DNA of 14,978 nt from Candidatus Methylomirabilia bacterium (GTDB taxonomy: Bacteria; Methylomirabilota; Methylomirabilia; Rokubacteriales; CSP1-6), in assembly GCA_041496385.1 (NCBI GenBank), contig JBGQEL010000103.1:1-14978 (forward strand), written 5' to 3'. Positions 8,395-14,627 of this stretch are shown one piece after another. The notes under the pieces are model-generated. The model was not told the DNA's origin. It saw nothing but the letters and a program-made list of their open reading frames with translations, and did not search any database. The position numbers and the translations under genes are program-made. Positions within the stretch are counted from its first letter, which is position 1. Every line of letters starts with the position of its first letter.

Positions 8395-8873
8395 GGATTG
8401 GCTCCTGAGAGGCGGTCGTAGCGCCCGCGGTAGTAGATCAACGGCTCGCCGGCACCGAAGTGGGCGCGCTCGACGCGACCCACGAGGATCGTGTGGTCGC
8501 CCGCGACGTGCGTGCTGACGGTGACACACTCGAGCTGGGCCAGCGCGCCGTCCACGAGCGGCACGCCGAGCTCGCTCAGGCGGTGCGGCACACCGTCGAA
8601 CTTGTCGAGCCGGGTGGACGCGAAGCGCTTCGAGATCGCTTCCTGCTCGAGGCGCAGGATGTTTACCGCGAACCGGCCGCGCTCGAGCAGCGCGGGGTAG
8701 CTCTGCGACTTATGGTCCACGCAGACCAGGACGAGCGGCGGCTCGAGCGACACCGATGTGAACGCGCTCGCCGTGAGTCCAGTGGGCCGGCCATCCCCAT
8801 CCACGGTGGTGATGGTCGTGACGCCGGTGGCGAAGTGGCCCAGGACTCGCCGGAACTCGTCGGCGGAAATCAC
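8391..8873 (-). CDS. Flavin reductase-like protein (HpaC/RutF/DIM6-NTAB family)
   Basis: FRRVLGHFATGVT, GLTASAFTSVSLEPPLVLVC, FAVNIL, GDHTILVGRV, PLIYYRG. Confidence 0.93.
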   Translation of the reverse strand: MISADEFRRVLGHFATGVTTITTVDGDGRPTGLTASAFTSVSLEPPLVLVCVDHKSQSYPALLERGRFAVNILRLEQEAISKRFASTRLDKFDGVPHRLSELGVPLVDGALAQLECVTVSTHVAGDHTILVGRVERAHFGAGEPLIYYRGRYDRLSGANP

Positions 8874-8879
8874 CGTCCC

Positions 8880-8908
8880 TATGTAGCAGGTCGAGGCCCG
8901 AATTGCAA
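8880..8908 (-). promoter_or_regulatory. Putative sigma70 promoter of the envelope operon: -35 TTGCAA, 17-nt spacer, TGc-TACATA -10
   Basis: TTGCAA 8908-8903; TG at 8888-8887; TACATA 8885-8880; 6 nt to GTG 8873. The last -10 base is non-consensus. Confidence 0.45.
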
Positions 8909-8944
8909 GGTTTTGCGCATAGATAAGCGCGCCCGGCGCACAGG

Positions 8945-8953
8945 TGTTATAGT
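8945..8953 (+). promoter_or_regulatory. Extended -10 promoter (TGtTATAGT) of mrp
   Basis: TG-n-TATAGT, 9 nt before ATG 8963; no SD in between. Confidence 0.6.
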
Positions 8954-8962
8954 CCTCTGCGT

Positions 8963-10060
8963 ATGGTCTCCGAGCAGGCCGTCCTCGACGCCCTCCGCGC
9001 CGTGCGCGATCCCGAGCAGCAGCAGGACATCGTCGCGCTCGGGCTCGTCCGCGATCTGCTGATCCGGGATGCCGAGGTGAGCTTTACCCTCGCCTTCGCG
9101 GCCCAGTCGCCGCAGTCGAGGGTGACGATGCACAGCATGGCCTCGCGCCTGGTGGGCCAGCTCCCCGGCGTGGCAAAGGTGCAGGTGAAGATGAGCGGCG
9201 GGCAGGCGCGGCCCGCGCAGCCCACCGCGCACGGCGCCGGCCCCGCGCAGGCCGCCCCGCGCGCGGATCTCATCCCCGACGTGCGCCAGACGATCGCCGT
9301 CTCCTCGGGGAAGGGTGGCGTCGGCAAGTCGACGGTCGCGGTGAACCTCGCCATGGCCCTCCGCCAGACGGGCGGCACCGTCGGCATCATCGACTCGGAC
9401 GTCTACGGCCCGGACGTGCCGCTCATGCTCGGCGCGCGCGGCAAACCCGGCATGTTCGACAACAAGATCATCCCGGTGGAGGCGCACGGCCTCAAGATGA
9501 TGTCCATCGGCCTGCTCGTGAACGAGCGCGAGCCGCTCGTCTGGCGCGGGCCCATGATCCACTCGTTCATCCAGCAGATGCTGAAGGACGTCATGTGGGG
9601 CGCGCTCGACTACCTGATCTTCGACATGCCGCCGGGCACCGGCGACGCGCAGCTCTCGCTCTCACAGGTGATCCCGCTCTCGGGCGTCGTGATGGTGACG
9701 ACGCCGCAGGAGGTCGCGCTCCTCGACGTGCGCAAGGCGATCGGCATGTTCCAGCGGCTCAACGTGCCGATCCTCGGCATCGTCGAGAACATGAGCTACT
9801 TCCAGGCGCCCGACACCGGCACCCGCTACGCGATCTTCGGCGAGGGGGGCGGCCGGCGCATCGCCGACGAGTACGGCGTGCCGCTGCTCGCGCAGCTCCC
9901 GCTCGACCCGGAGACGCGCCTGGGAGGTGACGAGGGCTCGCCGATCACGATCCGCCGCCCGGACTCGCCGCAGGCGCTGGCGTTCCGCAACCTGGCCGAT
10001 GCGGTGCGGACGCGCCTCGACGAGCTGGGCGCGCTGAAGCCGCTGCCGACCATCAGCTGA
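8963..10060 (+). CDS. mrp: Mrp/ApbC/NBP35-family P-loop ATPase with N-terminal DUF59/MIP18-like domain (cysteine-free variant)
   Basis: VRDPE...DIVALGLV (DUF59-like); SGKGGVGKST, DSDVYGP, WRGPM, DMPPGTGD, VTTPQ, ENMS. Confidence 0.93.
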   Translation: MVSEQAVLDALRAVRDPEQQQDIVALGLVRDLLIRDAEVSFTLAFAAQSPQSRVTMHSMASRLVGQLPGVAKVQVKMSGGQARPAQPTAHGAGPAQAAPRADLIPDVRQTIAVSSGKGGVGKSTVAVNLAMALRQTGGTVGIIDSDVYGPDVPLMLGARGKPGMFDNKIIPVEAHGLKMMSIGLLVNEREPLVWRGPMIHSFIQQMLKDVMWGALDYLIFDMPPGTGDAQLSLSQVIPLSGVVMVTTPQEVALLDVRKAIGMFQRLNVPILGIVENMSYFQAPDTGTRYAIFGEGGGRRIADEYGVPLLAQLPLDPETRLGGDEGSPITIRRPDSPQALAFRNLADAVRTRLDELGALKPLPTIS

Positions 10061-10064
10061 CGTC

Positions 10065-10703
10065 GTGAGCGAGCCCAGCGCGGCGCTCGTCCTGCCGATC
10101 TTCCCGCTGCCCGACGTGACGTTCTTCCCCCACACGCTCCTGCCGCTCCACGTGTTCGAGGCGCGCTACCGCGCCATGGTCATGGACGCGCTCGCGCGCG
10201 ATCGGCGGCTGGCGGTCGTGAAGCTCAAGCCCGGCTACGAGGCGACGTACGCGGGCAAACCCGCCGTCCACGACGTCGCCGGCGCGGGGGAGATCGTGCG
10301 CTGGGAGCGACTGTCGACGGGCCGCTACAACATTCTGCTCAGGGGGCAGTGGCGGGTGCGCCTCGAACAGGAGCGGCCGAGCGACACACTCTACCGCCTG
10401 GTCGCCGTCCGTCGCCTCGACGACGTGCCGGCGGATGCCACCGCCGCGGCGCTGCTGACGCGGATCCGCGCCGCCTGCGCGCACCTCCTGCGGGCGCTCG
10501 AGCGCCCGGCGGATCTGCTCGACGCGGCGCTCGCCGAGGGCCAGCCGCCCGGCGCGATCGCCGACCGGGTCGCCGCCGGGGTGATCCCCGACGCCGCGCT
10601 CCGGCAGGAGCTCCTCGAGACGCTCGACGTGCGCCGGCGACTCGGGCGTCTGGCGGTCGGCCTCGACCGGCTCGTCGCCGAGCTCCGCCGGGAACGCCAG
10701 TGA
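10065..10703 (+). CDS. Stand-alone Lon protease N-terminal substrate-binding domain protein
   Basis: LPIFPL..VTFFPHTLLPLHVFEARYRAMV, GRYNILLRG..R, RQELLETLDVRRRL; no AAA+ or protease domain; 212 aa. Confidence 0.88.
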   Translation: MSEPSAALVLPIFPLPDVTFFPHTLLPLHVFEARYRAMVMDALARDRRLAVVKLKPGYEATYAGKPAVHDVAGAGEIVRWERLSTGRYNILLRGQWRVRLEQERPSDTLYRLVAVRRLDDVPADATAAALLTRIRAACAHLLRALERPADLLDAALAEGQPPGAIADRVAAGVIPDAALRQELLETLDVRRRLGRLAVGLDRLVAELRRERQ

Positions 10704-11419
10704 CGCACGGGGACAGCGCCTGCCGCCGTCCGCGCGTCCTGGCGCGCCTGGCGCTGGTGCTGGTGCTGCTCCTGGCCGCCGGGGTCGAGGCGGCGGGCGC
10801 TCGGCCCTGGGCATGGCTCGGCGTGCGCATCCGTGACCTCTCCGAGCAGGAGATGGAGGAGATCGCCGCTCGGCACGGGATCCGTGAAGGCTTCGGCGTG
10901 GTGATCGTCGAGGTCATCGAGGGCGCGCCGGCGGCGGCGGCGGGGCTCCGCCCGGGCGACGTCGTGGTCGCGTTCGACGACCGGCCCGTGACCGAGACGC
11001 GGCTGCTGCAGCGGCTCATCGCCGCCGCGCCCGCCGGCGCCGAGTCACGCCTCACCGTGCTCCGCGAGGCCGGACGACAACGGGTCACCGTGCGGCTCGC
11101 GGTCATGCCCCAGGCCATCGTCGGCGAACGGATCGCGGCCGAGTTCGGGTTCGTCGTGCGGGACCCCGACGCGCCGGTTCCGGGCGGGGGGCTGCGGCTC
11201 GGCGCGGCGGCGCCGGCCATCGCCGTCATCATCAAGGGGAGCCCCGCCGAGCGCGCCGGGCTCGAGGTCGGCGACGTGATCGTCGAGGTCAACGAGCAGG
11301 CGATCGTCACCCGCGAGGCGGCGCGCGAGGCGCTCGCCGCCGCGAGCCCGGAGCAACCGCTCAGCCTGACGGTCCGTCGCGGCCAGAGCCGCCTGTCGAT
11401 CACGCTCCGGATACCGTGA
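10700..11419 (+). CDS. Exported tandem-PDZ-domain protein (HtrA/DegP-like PDZ1+PDZ2, no protease domain), about 239 aa
   Basis: GTG 10700 overlaps the upstream stop (GTGA); hydrophobic signal peptide; WLGVRI..L, GVVIVEV.EGAPA..AGLRPGDVV and a second GSPAERAGLEVGDVIVEVN...LTVRRG. Confidence 0.85.
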   Translation: MTHGDSACRRPRVLARLALVLVLLLAAGVEAAGARPWAWLGVRIRDLSEQEMEEIAARHGIREGFGVVIVEVIEGAPAAAAGLRPGDVVVAFDDRPVTETRLLQRLIAAAPAGAESRLTVLREAGRQRVTVRLAVMPQAIVGERIAAEFGFVVRDPDAPVPGGGLRLGAAAPAIAVIIKGSPAERAGLEVGDVIVEVNEQAIVTREAAREALAAASPEQPLSLTVRRGQSRLSITLRIP

Positions 11420-11496
11420 TCCGCACCTCGTGGCGCGGGTTGCGTCGGCGCGCCCGTCGTGACAAGGTGGTCGCATTCGCAACGCAAGGAGGCCGC

Positions 11497-12021
11497 ATGA
11501 AGCTTCAGGGCAAACGGATCGCGATTCTCGCCGAGAACATGTATCAGGAGATGGAGCTCTGGGTGCCGTACTACCGCTTCAAGGAAGAGGGCGCCGAGGT
11601 GAAGGTGGTCGGCGTCGGCGGCGCCAAGGCGTACGCCTCGAAGCACGGCTATCCCGTGAACGTGGACGTCCAGGCCGATCAGGTGAAGGCGGTCGAGTTC
11701 GACGCGGTGATCGTGCCCGGGGGCTACGCCCCGGACATGATGCGGCGCCACCCGGCGATGGTCGCGCTCGTCCGCGAGGCGGCGCAGCAGGGGAAGGTCG
11801 TCGCGGCGATCTGCCACGCCGGCTGGATGCTCGTCTCGGCCGGTATCCTGAAGGGCCGCAAGGCGACCTCGTTCTTCTCGATCAAGGACGACCTCGTCGC
11901 GGCAGGCGCCGACTGGGTGGACCAGGAGGTCGTCGTGGACGGCAATCTGATCACCTCGCGCAAGCCTGACGACCTGCCGGCGTTTTGCCGCGCGATCGTC
12001 GCCGCGCTCGCGAAGTCCTGA
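11497..12021 (+). CDS. DJ-1/PfpI-family protein (intracellular protease / deglycase-glyoxalase, class I GATase-like), 174 aa
   Basis: AAGGAGG SD just before ATG 11497; YQEME, DAVIVPGG, ICHAG nucleophile elbow, VVVDGNLITSRKPDDLPAF. Confidence 0.92.
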   Translation: MKLQGKRIAILAENMYQEMELWVPYYRFKEEGAEVKVVGVGGAKAYASKHGYPVNVDVQADQVKAVEFDAVIVPGGYAPDMMRRHPAMVALVREAAQQGKVVAAICHAGWMLVSAGILKGRKATSFFSIKDDLVAAGADWVDQEVVVDGNLITSRKPDDLPAFCRAIVAALAKS

Positions 12022-12022
12022 C

Positions 12023-12065
12023 GACCGGCTCGTTTGACGGGCGCGGGGCGGCCGCGCCCCCGGTC
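12023..12065 (+). terminator. GC-rich hairpin after pfpI, possible terminator without a U-tract
   Basis: Perfect 8-bp stem GGGCGCGG (12039-12046) / CCGCGCCC (12052-12059), extendable by GACCGG (12023-12028) / CCGGTC (12060-12065); no poly-T follows. Confidence 0.35.
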
Positions 12066-12163
12066 TGAGGCGCCGTTGCCACATGGGCCGTTGGCGCGGC
12101 GAGGTTCCTGGGCCACACGCACTAGAGATTGCCGCCAAACGGTCCAGTTTCTCTCGCACGGTG

Positions 12164-12179
12164 CGGCATCGGACTTGCG
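12164..12179 (+). promoter_or_regulatory. Putative sigma54 (-24/-12) promoter of the ABC/cupredoxin operon
   Basis: CGGCATCGGACTTGC: GG 12165-12166, exactly 10 nt, GC 12177-12178; resembles TGGCAC-N5-TTGC. Confidence 0.6.
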
Positions 12180-12194
12180 TCCTGGACGCAGGAT

Positions 12195-13052
12195 ATGGAG
12201 GCTTCAGGACGCCAGCGTGTGATCCTCGGCTTCGCGTCGGTCGTGGGGATTGTTGCGGTCTACACCCTTCTGGCGCACGCCTGCGGCCGTCCCGACCTGC
12301 TTCCGCCGCTCACGACGCTCGTCGCGACCCTCAGAAGCCTGGTCAGTGGTCAGGTTGTGGCCCCGCCCGGCGGTCACGTCCACCCGAGCAACCAGATCGC
12401 GTATCTGCTCGCCGGGGACGTGACCCTGCAGGGCGCGCTCCTGGCGAGCACCACACGGGTGCTGTTCGGCGTCGGTGTGGGGGGGGCACTTGGAGTTCTC
12501 GCCGGGCTCGCGATGGGCTGGAACCGGACGGTGGACGAGTACCTCCACCCGATCTATGTCCTCGTCAGGTCGATCCCCCCGCTCGCGCTCGTCACCTACG
12601 TGATGCTTTGGTTCGGCCACGGCGAGGCGCACCGGCTGATTCCTGTCGCCTACGCTGTCTTCACGACGGTCGTCATACCGACATATCACGGCGTGCGTGA
12701 CGTGTCGGACGTCTACGTGCGTGCCGCACGGTCGCTCGGCGCCTCCCGGCGCAGTCTGTTCACGCGGGTCGTGCTGCCCGCCGCGAGCCCCTTCGTGCTC
12801 TCGGGGCTCCGCTATGCGCTCATCATCGCCTGGATGACCACCGTCGGCGTTGAGATGCTGATGGGCGAAGACGGCATCGGCCATCTGATCGTCGCCGGCG
12901 GCCTCTGGTCCTCCCGGGTCGAAATCGGCGTCGACCCTGCGGTCGTGATCGTGGGCGTCCTCGGGTTGGCGACGGTCGGGTTCGCGATGGACGTGGCGGC
13001 CCGGACTCTCGCCGACAGCCTCACGTTCTGGACGCGCGAGCGGCGTTCGTGA
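12195..13052 (+). CDS. ABC transporter permease, NitT/TauT (SsuC/TauC-like) family
   Basis: LLPP motif, STTRV..G...G...G, RSIPPLA, LWFG.GE, EAA-loop equivalent YVRAARSLGAS, LPAASP....GLR; start ATG 12195 or GTG 12219. Confidence 0.88.
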   Translation: MEASGRQRVILGFASVVGIVAVYTLLAHACGRPDLLPPLTTLVATLRSLVSGQVVAPPGGHVHPSNQIAYLLAGDVTLQGALLASTTRVLFGVGVGGALGVLAGLAMGWNRTVDEYLHPIYVLVRSIPPLALVTYVMLWFGHGEAHRLIPVAYAVFTTVVIPTYHGVRDVSDVYVRAARSLGASRRSLFTRVVLPAASPFVLSGLRYALIIAWMTTVGVEMLMGEDGIGHLIVAGGLWSSRVEIGVDPAVVIVGVLGLATVGFAMDVAARTLADSLTFWTRERRS

Positions 13053-13861
13053 GCGGGCGCTCGCGGACCGTTTCCCGGGGTGCCGTCGCGCTGATCGTCC
13101 TCGCCCTGGCCTACGGGATCGTCGCCGAGGCAGGCGGCCCGATCCTTCCACGCCGGATCTGGGTCGGCGCCCACTATATTGAGGACGTCGAGCTGATTCC
13201 GCGTTACGCGTCGCTCAGCGAGGAGGCCGTCTTCCTTGTCCGCTCCGGGATCCTTCAGGGCGGCATCACCGTCAGCGGGCTCAGGGTGCTCGGCGGATTT
13301 CTGCTCGGGGCCCTCGTCGGCGTCACGCTGGGAGGAACGATGGCGTGGGCGACGCGCTTCGGGTATCTCCTCGAGCCGTGGGTGGTTCTCTTCCGCTTCA
13401 CGCCCGCGCTCGCGCTTCTCCCGCTCTACGTCCTCTGGTTCGGTCTCGGCGAGGCCTCGAAAATCTTGCTGATCGCCACCGGGGTCGCGATCGTCACGCT
13501 GCACGGCGCGTTTGAAGGCGTCCGGGGGATCCCGCGCGTCTACCTTGACTCGGCGGCATCGCTCGGCGCCCCCCGGCATGCGGTCCTCCGAGGGATCGTC
13601 CTCCCCGCCGCGCTCCCCCACGTCCTGTCGAGCTTCCGAATCGCGGGCGCGCTCGCGTGGGTCACGATCGTCGTCGCCGAGCTCATCAAGCCGACGATGC
13701 CGAGCCTCGGGTATCTGCTCGCGCTCTCCGGCGCCTACCCCCGCATTCCCACGCTCGTCGTCGCGCTCGCGACGATCGGCGTCTTGGTCCTCATCTCCGA
13801 CGCGCTGGCCGTCGCGGCCTATCAGCGGGCGACCGGCTGGATGAGGAGGCGGAATGGGTAA
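13049..13861 (+). CDS. Second ABC transporter permease, NitT/TauT family
   Basis: GTGA overlap; RFTPALALLPLYVLWFGLGEASK, YLDSAASLGA, LPAALP, WVTIVVAELI. Confidence 0.88.
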   Translation: MSGRSRTVSRGAVALIVLALAYGIVAEAGGPILPRRIWVGAHYIEDVELIPRYASLSEEAVFLVRSGILQGGITVSGLRVLGGFLLGALVGVTLGGTMAWATRFGYLLEPWVVLFRFTPALALLPLYVLWFGLGEASKILLIATGVAIVTLHGAFEGVRGIPRVYLDSAASLGAPRHAVLRGIVLPAALPHVLSSFRIAGALAWVTIVVAELIKPTMPSLGYLLALSGAYPRIPTLVVALATIGVLVLISDALAVAAYQRATGWMRRRNG

Positions 13862-14627
13862 GCTCCGGCTCCGCATTCAGAACCTCGGCTACAGCTACAC
13901 AGGCCGCAGGCCCACGCGGGCCCTCGATGGGGTGGCACTGGACGTGTTCGACAACGAGTTCCTCGCCCTCGTTGGGCCCGTGGGCTGTGGCAAGACGACG
14001 TTCATCCGAATCGTGGCCGGGCTTCTCGCGCCGACGCAAGGCACGGTTGTCTGGGACGGCGTGCCCATCCGCACCCCGAGCCCGGAGCGCGGCTACGTGT
14101 TCCAGGAGGACGCGGTGTTTCCCTGGATGACCGTCAGGGACAACCTGGAGTTCGGGCTCCTCGCGAAGCGACTCGACACCGCCGCGCGGGCGACGGTCAC
14201 GCGCGCGCTGGTCCGGCTGATCGGTCTCGAGGGCTACGAGACCGCATATCCGCGCGAGCTGTCCGCGGGCATGTCGAAGATGGTGGAAGTCGCCCGGGTC
14301 CTCGCCACCGATCCCTCGATCCTTCTGCTCGACGAGCCATTCGCATCTCTCGATGCCCAGACGCGCGCACGCCTGCAGGGCGAGCTGGCCACGCTGTGGG
14401 AGCAGCGGAGGAAGACCGTGCTGCTCGTCACGCACGACGTCGAGGAGGCCATTCATCTGGCGGATCGCATCATCGTGTTCTCCTCGCGTCCCGGCCGCGT
14501 CAAGGCGGAGGTGGCGGTCGACTTGCCGAGGCCCCGGACGCTCGAGCTGCGGCTCTCGCCGGCGTTCTCGGCGATCAAGCGCGCGGTCTGGGCCGAGCTC
14601 GGTCTCACCGGAGGGCCGGCGCCGTGA
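13854..14627 (+). CDS. ABC transporter ATP-binding subunit, NitT/TauT (SsuB/TauB-like), atypical signature
   Basis: Walker A GPVGCGKTT, Q-loop VFQE...FPW, Walker B LLLDEPF, VTHD, C-terminal RPGR..DLPRPR. Confidence 0.92.
   Translation: MGKLRLRIQNLGYSYTGRRPTRALDGVALDVFDNEFLALVGPVGCGKTTFIRIVAGLLAPTQGTVVWDGVPIRTPSPERGYVFQEDAVFPWMTVRDNLEFGLLAKRLDTAARATVTRALVRLIGLEGYETAYPRELSAGMSKMVEVARVLATDPSILLLDEPFASLDAQTRARLQGELATLWEQRRKTVLLVTHDVEEAIHLADRIIVFSSRPGRVKAEVAVDLPRPRTLELRLSPAFSAIKRAVWAELGLTGGPAP

Noticed and set aside
3410..8518. Long plus-strand ORFs (3410-5272, 5608-6585, 6350-7483, 7369-8421 and others)
   Set aside because: Antisense shadows of well-supported minus-strand genes, typical of high-GC DNA; no recognisable motifs.
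10700..10800. Possible Tat signal (CRRPRV) on the PDZ protein
   Set aside because: Does not match S/T-R-R-x-F-L-K; more likely an ordinary basic Sec n-region.
7316..12194. ORF-track upstream starts at 7447, 8529, 10349, 11416 and 12129
   Set aside because: They overlap neighbouring genes or promoters; stop-start overlaps, SD position and domain boundaries support 7315, 8394, 10700, 11497 and 12195/12219.
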